DNA from: an uncultured delta proteobacterium
Lineage (GTDB): Bacteria; Myxococcota_A; Polyangia; Polyangiales; CAVUEK01
Assembly (NCBI GenBank): GCA_963740495.1
Contig: CAVUEK010000004.1
Location: forward strand, 50,876-114,875
Direction of reading: 5' to 3'
DNA length: 64,000 nucleotides
A model generated the notes under the pieces. That model was given only the letters and a program-made list of their open reading frames with translations, had not been told where the DNA came from and ran no database searches. Position numbers and translations under genes: made by a program. This document shows positions 50,988 through 61,344 of this stretch, piece after piece (the first letter of the stretch is position 1; each line of letters begins with the position of its first letter).

Positions 50988-53234
50988 TCAGCGTCCGAAG
51001 TTTCGCCGGCCGAGGCCCTTCGGCTTGCGGCGCTTGAGCCGCGTCGCGGACCGGTTTCGCTTCTCGGCAGCGTCGATGAAGATCTCCTGGCAGCTCCGCG
51101 CGTCACCGGGCTTCTTCGGCTCGCGCCGGACGTAGGTCCCGTCGGGCTGCATCTCCCAAGCGGAGCGCCAATCGTCGAGCTGCGTGTCGAGGATGAAGCG
51201 GAGGCCGGCTTGGAGCGAGGCGTCCTCGACGGGTGCGACGGTCTCGACCCTGCTCTCGAGGTTGCGCTGCATCAGGTCGGCCGAGCCGATCCAATACTCC
51301 TCGGCGCCGCCGTTGTGGAAGTAGAAGATCCGCGCGTGCTCGAGGAACCGTCCGACGATGCTCACGACGCGGGCGTTGTCGGTGAGCCCGGGAACACCGG
51401 GGCGGAGACGGCACGTGTCGCGCACGATGAGCTCGACCTTCACCCCGGCGCGCGAAGCCTCGTAGAGGGCGCGGACGATGTCCTTGTCCTCGAGGGCGTT
51501 CATCTTCATCTGGACGACGCCGACGCCACCCGTCTTCACGTGCTTGATCTCGCGCTGGATCTTGTCGAGCAGCGCCGGCTTGAGGAGCTTGGGCGCGGGG
51601 AGCAGCTTCTTGTACTTGCGTCCGGGCTTGTAGCCGGTCGTGAGGTAATTGAAGAGCTCGGTGAGGTCGTGCCCGACGGCATCGTCGCACGTGAAGAGGC
51701 CGAGGTCGCTGTACACGCGGGCGGTACCCGAGTGGTAATTGCCCGTGCCGATGTGAGCATAGCGGCGGAGGCCGTCGTAGTCGTGGCGGATCACGAGGAC
51801 GACCTTGGCGTGCGTCTTGAGCCCCACGACACCGTACGTCACGTGGATGCCCACCGACTCGAGGCGGTTGGCCCACCTGATGTTCGCCTCTTCGTCGAAC
51901 CGCGCCTTGAGCTCGACGACCACTGCGACCTGCTTGCCGTTTCGGGCCGCGTTCATCAGGTGCTTGATGATCTTGGAGTCTTCCGAAGTGCGGTACAGCG
52001 TCATCTTGATCGCGCGGACCTTCGGGTCCTCGCTGGCCTCCCGGAGGAACCGCTCGACGCTCGTCGCGAACGACTCGTACGGGTGGTGGACCAGGATCGC
52101 TCCGCCCTCGCGGATGACGTGGAAGATGCTCCTGTCGGTCGTGAGATCCGGGTGATCGACGGGGTGATGCGGCGGATCGTGGAGGCGCGGAACATCGAGC
52201 CCCGCGATCTCCATCAAGTCGCGCATGCCGAGCATGCTGTCGATCTCGAAGACGTCGCTCGATTGGTCGAGGCCGAGCTCGGCCGCGAGCATGCCTCGTC
52301 GCTGCGGCGGCATGTCTTGCGAGACCTGGAGCCTGACGATGGGGGCGAACTTGCGATCGCGGAGCTCGGTCTCGATGAGCCCGAGCAGATCGTCAGCTTG
52401 TTCCTCGTCTCGCTCGGTGTCTGCGTTGCGGGTCACGCGAAAGAAGTCGCAGTCCTCGACGTGCATCCCCGGGAAGAGGAGGTCGAGGTTGTTCGCCATC
52501 ACGTCCTCGAGCCGCACGAAGCTCGTTCCCTCGCCGAAGCGCAAGAACCTCTGGATGCCGCTTCCGACCGGGACCTTCACGCGCGCCTGGGAGACGTTCG
52601 GATCCGTCGGCGAGTGCTTCAGCGTGACGAGGAGGTTGAGCGAGAGGTTCGAGACGAAGGGGAACGGGTGCGCCGGATCCATCGCCTGAGGCGTCACGAG
52701 CGGAAAGATGTTGCGGACGTAGTCCTCGCGGACCGTCGCTCGGTCCTCCGGTGTCATCGCGCTCCACGTCGTGATGACGATGTCTTCCTGCGCCAGCAGC
52801 TCGACGAGCGCGCGCAGGATCTCTTGGGCGCGAAGCTTGATCCCGCGCATGACCTCGTAGCACTCGACGATCTGCCGTTGGGGCGTGCGGCCGTCGACCG
52901 TCAGGTCGGATACGCCGGCACCGAGCTGCGCCTTGAGGCCGCCTATGCGCTTCATGACGAACTCGTCGAGCGTCGAGCTCGAGATCGAGAGGAACTTCAG
53001 GCGCTCGAGGAGCGGGACGCGGTCGTCCTCGGCTTCTCCGAGGACCCGCCGGTTGAACTCGAGCCACGTTAGCTCGCGGTTCAAGTAGAGCTCGGGCGCG
53101 TCGAGCGGGAGCGCTGCGAGCTCCTCGAGCGGCGTCGGCGCGGGGGCCGCCGTGCGTGTCCCGGGGCTCGTCAGCGGCTTGAGACGCGGCTCGACCGAGG
53201 GGCGCGTTTCGTCCGCGAGCTCGACGTCAGCCAT
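50988..53234 (-). CDS. ppk: polyphosphate kinase 1
   Basis: From the ATG at 53234: YLNRELTWLEFNRRVLGEAEDDRVPLLERLKFLSISSSTLDEFVMKR, RVTRNADTE, and the two PLD-like HKD regions (GLKTHAKVVLVIR; GSADLMQRNL). Intact frame. Confidence 0.96.
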   Translation of the reverse strand: MADVELADETRPSVEPRLKPLTSPGTRTAAPAPTPLEELAALPLDAPELYLNRELTWLEFNRRVLGEAEDDRVPLLERLKFLSISSSTLDEFVMKRIGGLKAQLGAGVSDLTVDGRTPQRQIVECYEVMRGIKLRAQEILRALVELLAQEDIVITTWSAMTPEDRATVREDYVRNIFPLVTPQAMDPAHPFPFVSNLSLNLLVTLKHSPTDPNVSQARVKVPVGSGIQRFLRFGEGTSFVRLEDVMANNLDLLFPGMHVEDCDFFRVTRNADTERDEEQADDLLGLIETELRDRKFAPIVRLQVSQDMPPQRRGMLAAELGLDQSSDVFEIDSMLGMRDLMEIAGLDVPRLHDPPHHPVDHPDLTTDRSIFHVIREGGAILVHHPYESFATSVERFLREASEDPKVRAIKMTLYRTSEDSKIIKHLMNAARNGKQVAVVVELKARFDEEANIRWANRLESVGIHVTYGVVGLKTHAKVVLVIRHDYDGLRRYAHIGTGNYHSGTARVYSDLGLFTCDDAVGHDLTELFNYLTTGYKPGRKYKKLLPAPKLLKPALLDKIQREIKHVKTGGVGVVQMKMNALEDKDIVRALYEASRAGVKVELIVRDTCRLRPGVPGLTDNARVVSIVGRFLEHARIFYFHNGGAEEYWIGSADLMQRNLESRVETVAPVEDASLQAGLRFILDTQLDDWRSAWEMQPDGTYVRREPKKPGDARSCQEIFIDAAEKRNRSATRLKRRKPKGLGRRNFGR

Positions 53235-53382
53235 CCCGAGCAGTCTGTCCCAAGATCGGGGCAGAGATCCATCCCGACCTGCGGTTCGTCCCATCTCGCA
53301 GTCGCCGGATCACACTCCGACGCGGCGAAGTGCGCGCAAGACGGGCACCGGCTCGGCGGCGACCGCGGAGAGGAGCCCGCCC

Positions 53383-53745
53383 ATGGGGCGGCTACTGCCA
53401 GCGAAGGCGGGTCGAAGCGCATCGCCGAAGAGCTGCTCCGCACGATCGACGAAGCTGCCCGACGGTCCGTGGGACGCGATCGTGATCGGCTCGGGCATGG
53501 GCGGGATGACGACCGCGGCGCTGCTCGCCAAGATCGGGAGGCGCGTCCTCGTGCTCGAGCAGCACGGCGTGCCGGGCGTGCGGAGCGCACGAGGGACGCC
53601 CACCGGGGCTCACGGACGACCCGCGGTTGCGCGCCGTCATCGCGTCGCGATGGGAGGGCCCGATATCCATTGGCCATGGCTATGGCAGCCATGCGAACGA
53701 TGTATTTTCGCTAAACCACGCTCGCCGCTACACCGGATGGAGTGA
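53383..53745 (+). pseudogene. remnant of an NAD(P)/FAD-dependent oxidoreductase (phytoene desaturase/CrtI-like)
   Basis: ATG at 53383 after GGAGAGGAG. WDAIVIGSGMGGMTTAALLAKIGRRVLVLEQHGVPG is a dinucleotide-binding N-terminus. Similarity then collapses. A second fragment (DDPRLRAVIASRWEG) is in another frame, so most of the expected ~500-aa gene is missing. Confidence 0.6.
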
Positions 53746-54830
53746 GAGCGGGACGAACTTCGAAGTGGGCTCGGCGCGGCGGTGCGGTGCTGCTCGCCAT
53801 CGTCGTCGGGTTTCTGGTCGCCGAGAATGCGACCGCGGCGATCCGGGACGATGCGTTTCCCTACCTGAACATCTTCGTCGCGGATCCGCTGCTCGGGGTG
53901 CGACTCGCCCCGCGGCAGAGCGCGCACGTCCGGTCGGCCGGCGGTCGCGTGACCGAGGTCGCGACGAACCGCGTTGGCTTCCGCGGCCCGGCCTGGGCTG
54001 CTCGGCAGAGCGAGCGATTGCGCGTGCTCGTCGTGGGTGACTCGCAGGCGTTGGGCCTCCACGTGGCGTGGGGCGCGACGTTCGCGGCGCGGCTCGGTCG
54101 GCGCTTCGACGTCCTCGACGCGGCGGTGCCGACGTGGGGGCCGACCGAGTACGCGCGCATCACCGAGGAGCTCGCGACGAACGGTCGTCCGGATGTCGTG
54201 GTCTACGTGGTGAACGTCGGAAACGACTTTCGGGAAGCGCTCGTCCCGAACCGCCTTCGCACGACGGCCCGCGACGGCTGGGCGGTTCCGCCATCGCGCG
54301 GCGCCGATACCGAGCTCGAGTTTCCCGGGCGCGGGTGGCTGTTCGGCCGCTCGCACCTCGTCTATGCGACACGCCAGGTGCTCGGCCGCGCGACGTCGGT
54401 GGCACCGATCCGCGCCGACGCCCCACTCGAGCTCGTGGACGAGCTCGGCACGCTCACTCGAGCGACGCCGCCCGACCGCTCGCGGCTCGGTCCGTTCTTG
54501 ACCGCCTCGCGCGACACGTGCCGGCGCGTCCGCGCGCGCATGGTGCTCGCGCTCTTGCCACTCGACGTGCAGGTGCACTCGCGCGAGTGGGCGAAGTATC
54601 GCACTCGGCCCATCGACATGCGCGCCACCGAAGAGCTCGCCGCCGGAGCTCTCGAGGATGCGCGGCGTCTCGGCATCGCTGCGGTGGATCTCTTGCCCGT
54701 GCTTCGACACGCGTCTCCGGGTGCGTTTCTCCCCGACGATCCGCATCTGTCGGCGCGGGGCCACGCCGCGGTCGCTCGAGCGCTCGTCGCACCGATCACG
54801 GGCGGCACGAGCAACGGCGAGGGCACGTGA
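53742..54830 (+). CDS. SGNH/GDSL-hydrolase-like membrane-anchored protein
   Basis: N-terminal anchor AVLLAIVVGFLVA. LRVLVVGDSQALG is block I (GDS), VNVGNDF is block III, and LPDDPHLSARGH is block V (D-x-x-H). Confidence 0.65.
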   Translation: MRAGRTSKWARRGGAVLLAIVVGFLVAENATAAIRDDAFPYLNIFVADPLLGVRLAPRQSAHVRSAGGRVTEVATNRVGFRGPAWAARQSERLRVLVVGDSQALGLHVAWGATFAARLGRRFDVLDAAVPTWGPTEYARITEELATNGRPDVVVYVVNVGNDFREALVPNRLRTTARDGWAVPPSRGADTELEFPGRGWLFGRSHLVYATRQVLGRATSVAPIRADAPLELVDELGTLTRATPPDRSRLGPFLTASRDTCRRVRARMVLALLPLDVQVHSREWAKYRTRPIDMRATEELAAGALEDARRLGIAAVDLLPVLRHASPGAFLPDDPHLSARGHAAVARALVAPITGGTSNGEGT

Positions 54831-55585
54831 TCCAGGCGAAGGGCATCCCGTGGGGCGATCTGCTCGCGCTGGGCGCGACGCGGCTCGCTCTGTCGACGAC
54901 GTGGCGCACGGACCGGCAGCTCGCGCAGCGCCTCGAGGGCTTCGCGGCGACGGAAGCGGGCAGCGCGCTCGACATGCTCGAGGCCGCGGAGCTCGTCGGC
55001 GAGCCCAGGCTCCGGCGGCTCTTTCTGCGGCACGCGACCGACGAGGCTCGCCACGCGTTTCTGTTCCGCCGAGCGGCGCGGGGCATCCATCCCGACGGTG
55101 CGCGCGCTCTCCCGGAGCACGCGCTGATCCGCGCGACGAGGCAGCGGCTCTTCACGCGATACGGGCTCGTTCGTTTCCTCGCCTTCGTGCATCTCGCCGA
55201 GCGGCGCGCCGCACGGCAGTTCGAGGTCATCCGCGCTCATCACTCCAATCGGGCCGACGTGGTCGACCTCTTCGACCAAGTCCTCCGAGACGAGCGATTC
55301 CACGTCGCGTACACGAAGTCGGCGCTCGCGCGCATTCGCCGCGAGGGGCGCGGCGGCGCGGTGCGCTGGGCGCTCGTTCGCGCACGAGCACAGGGTGCAT
55401 GGGAGGCGTGGCGTCGCGTCGGCCGGAAGATGGGTGAGGTGGCATCGCGCGTCGTCCTTCTTCTCCTCTTTGCGACGACCGTTCCGCTCTTCGCGCTCTT
55501 GGAGCGGACGAAATCGCCCGCGCTTGGCTGGCGGGTGCCGAGCCCGCGCTCGAGGTCGGTCGCGGCCGCGCGGAGGGAGAGCTAG
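54827..55585 (+). CDS. ferritin-like (diiron, E-x-x-H) domain protein with C-terminal TM helix
   Basis: The GTG at 54827 overlaps the upstream stop. Two E-x-x-H motifs (ATDEARHAF and LRDERFHVAY) plus upstream Glu residues on helices fit a four-helix diiron site. The C-terminus VVLLLLFATTVPLFALL is hydrophobic. Confidence 0.6.
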   Translation: MIQAKGIPWGDLLALGATRLALSTTWRTDRQLAQRLEGFAATEAGSALDMLEAAELVGEPRLRRLFLRHATDEARHAFLFRRAARGIHPDGARALPEHALIRATRQRLFTRYGLVRFLAFVHLAERRAARQFEVIRAHHSNRADVVDLFDQVLRDERFHVAYTKSALARIRREGRGGAVRWALVRARAQGAWEAWRRVGRKMGEVASRVVLLLLFATTVPLFALLERTKSPALGWRVPSPRSRSVAAARRES

Positions 55586-55586
55586 C

Positions 55587-57317
<1,731 letters not shown>

Positions 57318-57322
57318 TCACC

Positions 57323-57508
57323 ATGCGTCGCTTCGTCCGCCCGCCGATGCTCGCCCTCGCGACGCTCGGCTCTCTCATCGGCTCTCTTTCCCGCGGAGGC
57401 CGCTGGTTTCTCGTTCCGTTCGTCGGGGTGCTCGTCGTCGCGTCAATCCTTCTCGTGGTCGTCTCGGTCATCGAGTACGTGGCGCCCTTCGTCTACACGG
57501 TGTTTTGA
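57323..57508 (+). CDS. DUF5989-family small membrane protein (SxtK-like)
   Basis: MRRFVRPPMLALATLGSLIGSLSRGGRWFLVPFVGVLVVASILLVVVSVIEYVAPFVYTVF. The ...APF(I/V)YT(L/V)F end and the position directly after a carbamoyltransferase are typical. The GTG at 57314 is an alternative start. Confidence 0.7.
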   Translation: MRRFVRPPMLALATLGSLIGSLSRGGRWFLVPFVGVLVVASILLVVVSVIEYVAPFVYTVF

Positions 57509-57521
57509 GAGGAGACTCGTC

Positions 57522-58317
57522 ATGAGCTCGAACGTATCTCTATCGCTGCTCGCCTTGCTCTTCGTCGTCGGCTGTCTGCGCTCTCACCCGTCCGACTCGC
57601 GGGAGCCGGACGCGGGGACGGTCGACGGAAGGCACCTCGTGCACGGCGCTCTACGAGCCGTGCACCTCCGTCGACGATTGCTGTGACGGCTACTGCCCGG
57701 TCGACAGCTACGGCCCGGTGGTCTGCACCGCGCGCGCGCCGGACGGTCTCTTCTGCCTCGCGAACGACGAGTGTGTGAGCGGCAGGTGCATCGAAGGCAC
57801 GTGCGGTGGTCCCGGCGCCCCGGCGTGCATCGCGGCGGGCGCGAGCTGTTCGCCCGCGCCGCTCGCGACGGCGTGTTGCGCAGGAACGCGATGCATCGCC
57901 GGTCCGAGTGGCAATCATGCGTGCCGCGTGCCCGCGCCGCCCACGTGTGCTGCAGAAGGCGAGACCTGTCTCACGAGCGCGGCTCGCTGTTGCTCCGGGC
58001 TCGTCTGCGTGGGGGAGATCTCCTATGGCCCGACCCCCGGGTACTGCGTGCGGCCGCTCTCCGACGGCGAACCGTGCATCGACGATCTGAGCACGCCCTG
58101 CCTGTCCGGTCACTGCGCCGACTCCCTCTGCCGAATGACCGGCTGTGCCACGGAGAACGAGGGGTGTGCGTCGAGCAGCGAGTGCTGCTCGGGCTACTGC
58201 AACATCGGCGAGACATACGGAGACGCGCTCTGCCGTCCGCGGCAGCCCGCCGGCTCGTACTGCCACGACGGCTCGTGGTGCATCTCGGGCGCCTGCGAGG
58301 CGTTTCAGTGCCTCTAG
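57522..58317 (+). pseudogene. cysteine-rich repeat lipoprotein (about 7 knottin-like units), one frameshift near the 5' end
   Basis: ATG at 57522 after GAGAGGAGAC. Lipobox LLFVVGC. The frame shifts near 57630 into CTALYEPCTSVDDCCDGYC... and the 199-aa track ORF. Repeated C-x(5-7)-C(C)-SG-x-C-x(n)-C units, e.g. CLANDECVSGRCIEGTC and CASSSECCSGYCNIGETYGDALC. Confidence 0.7.
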
Positions 58318-58318
58318 C

Positions 58319-59104
58319 TCAGATCAGGATGAAGCAGTCGATCGACGTCTCGACGCGGAAGTTCGACTCGCTGGTGTGGCGCTCGGCGTGGAACGCGTCG
58401 AACGTGTACGTGCCGTTCGGTGTGATGCCGAGCGCGCCGGCCATGGCGTCGAAGTCGATCGTTCCCATCTCGGCGCCGTGCACGCCACCGAGGTCGAGCG
58501 CGAGCCTTCCGTTCACGAAGACGAACACATCGTCGTCGCCGCGGAACGTGAACACCTCGCCGCCGCGATACGTGAAGGTCGCGTGGATCTCGGTCGTGAA
58601 GTGGAAGTTGTGGCCGAGCGTCTCTTCGCCCCAGCCCATGCCGTCGAGCGGGAAGAAGTCCGAGTCGTCGAACACGAACACGCCCGGGGGCCCTTCCGTC
58701 AGCGGGAGATCCATCTCGAAGCGCATGTTCACGCCATCGACGTCGCGATACCACTGATCGAACTCCGCGGGCCCGGTGGTCACGGACGTGGGGCCGGTGG
58801 CGGCGTAGACGGGCTTTTGGTCGGGACCGATCTGATCCTCGACGAGGCCACGCACGGAGCCGAGGTACGCCTCGAAGTCGGGATGATCGGAGCGGAAGTC
58901 GCGCAGCACCGCGTGCAGGTCGCCGCATTGGGGGTCGACCGTCGAGCCATCGCCGCCGCCACCGCCCGCCCCGTCGTATCCGGCGCCGTCATACCCGGCA
59001 GCGCCGTCACCGCGCCCCGACGTGCTCACGTCGCCGCTGCAATCGCAGGCGGGCGCGAGAACGAGAGCGACCGCGTAGAGGAGCACCGATCGACCGCGGA
59101 CCAT
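58319..59104 (-). CDS. fibro-slime domain (PA14-like) lipoprotein
   Basis: From the ATG at 59104: lipobox VLAPAC and a (GYDGA) linker. Then DFRSDHPDFE...FFPLDGMGWG...NFHFTTEIHATFTYRGGEVFTFRGDDDVFVFVNGRLALDLGGVH...FDAFHAERHTSESNFRVETS, which matches the fibro-slime domain pattern. Confidence 0.85.
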   Translation of the reverse strand: MVRGRSVLLYAVALVLAPACDCSGDVSTSGRGDGAAGYDGAGYDGAGGGGGDGSTVDPQCGDLHAVLRDFRSDHPDFEAYLGSVRGLVEDQIGPDQKPVYAATGPTSVTTGPAEFDQWYRDVDGVNMRFEMDLPLTEGPPGVFVFDDSDFFPLDGMGWGEETLGHNFHFTTEIHATFTYRGGEVFTFRGDDDVFVFVNGRLALDLGGVHGAEMGTIDFDAMAGALGITPNGTYTFDAFHAERHTSESNFRVETSIDCFILI

Positions 59105-59118
59105 GGGAGAAGCATACC

Positions 59119-59658
59119 TCAACGCTTGAGGACGGCGAGCTTGTCGCGGTGCTTCGCTTGGAGCGCGACGTAGTCGGCCTGCTCGAGCCCGAGGGCGGTC
59201 GTCAGCCGGCGCAGGTAGTTGGCCTCGTCGAGCGCGATCTCGTCGTCGGCCGCGGCGAGATCGACGAGGACCTCGAGGATCTCGATGCGCTCCTCACGTG
59301 CCGCGAGCTCGCGCAGGTCGCGGACCCAACGCGCGTCTCCCGTCGCGACCACGCCTCCGATGTTCTCGTCGAGGATCGCCGTCACGGCCGCGACGCCGGT
59401 CGGCTCGAGCCCACGCAACCGCGCGAGCTCGGATGCGACGTGGCGCCTCTCGGCCTGCGTGTACTTGGCGTCGGCGAAGGCCACGCACGCGAGGAGCCCT
59501 GCGACCGCCGTCGCGAGGCGGCGCTCTTCCTCGCCCGCTTCGGGCATGTGGCGGTCGACCGCCGTGCGGATCGGGTCGATGCGCGAGCGGGGGGCCGAAG
59601 GTCCGTCGAGCAGGCCGCGGAGCGCGGAGAGGAGGCCACGTGCCACGAGCCCGACCAT
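59119..59658 (-). CDS. TerB-family (tellurite-resistance TerB-like) protein
   Basis: From the ATG at 59658: LATAVAGLLACVAFADAKYTQAERRHVASEL and ILEVLVDLAAADDEIALDEANYLRRLTTALGL are the paired helices of a TerB/DjlA-N-type domain. Lies 14 nt upstream of the fibro-slime gene on the same strand. Confidence 0.75.
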   Translation of the reverse strand: MVGLVARGLLSALRGLLDGPSAPRSRIDPIRTAVDRHMPEAGEEERRLATAVAGLLACVAFADAKYTQAERRHVASELARLRGLEPTGVAAVTAILDENIGGVVATGDARWVRDLRELAAREERIEILEVLVDLAAADDEIALDEANYLRRLTTALGLEQADYVALQAKHRDKLAVLKR

Positions 59659-59767
59659 AGCCCGCGCCGCCGCGCAGGGCGAGCGCCGCTCGTTCAGAGC
59701 GCCGTGCAGATGTCGGGCACGCGTACCGGGCCTGGATGCGCGGCTGGGCTCGAACGTCGAGCGCGGC

Positions 59768-61217
59768 TCAGGACGCTGCCTTGGACGCGCGCGTGCGCCG
59801 GTCCTCGACGAGCAGCGGCATCCCCTCGCTCGGCGCGAACGCGATGCCGCGGCGCACGAGGTGCGGCTCGTATCCGGGTGCAGCGCGCACCGTGAGAGAC
59901 CCGAGCACCGTCGCGAGGACGATGCGCATCTCGTAGAGCGCGAACGCCATACCGATGCAGCGGCGGATGCCGCCTCCAAATGGCAGAAACGCGTACGGGC
60001 TCGGCTTCTGGTCGAGGAACCGATCCGGGAAGAACCTCTCGGGGTCGGGCCAGCTGTCGGGGCTCATGTGCGAGAGCCAGAATCGAGGGCGCCACGAGCA
60101 CCCCGGCGGGCAGGTCCCATCCGCCGATGCGCATCGGTCGCTGCAACCGCCGGCCGACCATCGGGATGACCGGCTCGAGCCGCAGCGCCTCGCGGATCAC
60201 CGCGTCGATGTACGGGAGCGCGTCCTTCCGGCTGGGATCGACGCGACCGTCCGGAAACGCGGCGTCGACCTCGGCGTGGGCGCGATCGAGGACGTCGCGG
60301 TCGCGCACGAGGTGAGAGAACGTCCACGCGAGCGAGGTCGCCGTCGTCTCGTGCCCCGCGATGAGGAGAGTGACGAGCTCGTCGCGGAGCTCGAGGTCGC
60401 TCATCGCGCCGCCTTCCTCGTCCCGCGCGTCGAGCATGAGGGACAGGACGTCCATCTGGCCCTTCGTGCCGCGCGCGCGTCAATCCGCGATCTGTGCGTA
60501 CACCTCGCGGTCGACCGCTTCGAGGAGCCGCACGAGCTTCGCGAACGGCGACAACGGACCGAGGTCGACCTGAAGCTGCGGTACGAGGAGATACGGCCGC
60601 TGCGCGAAGTCGAGCAGTCGCCGGAGCGTGTCTCGCATGCGCTCCATGCGCACGCCCTCGTCCATGCCGAACACGGTTCGGAGGATGACGTCGAGGGTGA
60701 TCGCCTGCATGTAGGGATCGATCGGGGTCGCGCGCCCGCGCGGCCAGCTGCGCATCGACTCGAGCGTGACGTCCCGCATCGCGTCGCCGTAGGCGTGCAT
60801 CCGCTCGCCGTGAAACGGCGGGAGCAGGAGCTTGCGATGGCGCATGTGCTTCGCGCCGTCGAGGAGCAGGAGCGAGTGCGTCCCGACGAGGGGCTCGAGC
60901 ACCGAGTTCGCTTCGCCCGCGTAGAGGCCGTCCGGGGGCCCCGTGGAGATTTCCTTCACAATCTCCGGCTGGCTCACGATGACGAGCGGGTCGACCTGTG
61001 GGATCCGCATCGTGAACGTGTGCCCGTAGCGTCGCCGCATCTCGCGGAGGTACGGGATCGGCCAACGTATCCACGAGATGAGCTGCCAGACGGCCGGCTC
61101 CTCGGGGCCTGGCGGAAGCGCGGACGACCCGCCGTTTCGCCTTCTCGCGACGCCCGTCACGCGCGCGACGCGAGCGGCGACGCGCGTGCCGATGGAGAAC
61201 GCCGAGAGCTGGGTCAT
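59768..61217 (-). pseudogene. cytochrome P450, in-frame TGA and one frameshift
   Basis: LPPGP..., LLDGAKHMRHRKLL, AGHETTATSLAW, EALRLEPV and the haem loop FLPFGGGIRRCIGMAFA. TGA at 60480-60482 interrupts ...VYAQIAD-*-RARGTKGQMDVLSLML in frame. The frame shifts near 60070. Confidence 0.9.
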
Positions 61218-61344
61218 GCGCGCCTCGCCTCCGTCGCGCGAGTGTAGGGCCACTGGTTGCCGAGCAGACCGAGAGAGTCTTCATTTATCCTCTCGGCGGC
61301 GGTCGATTGGGGCCTATCTATTCCAGAGCATGGGGAGCAGGAGC

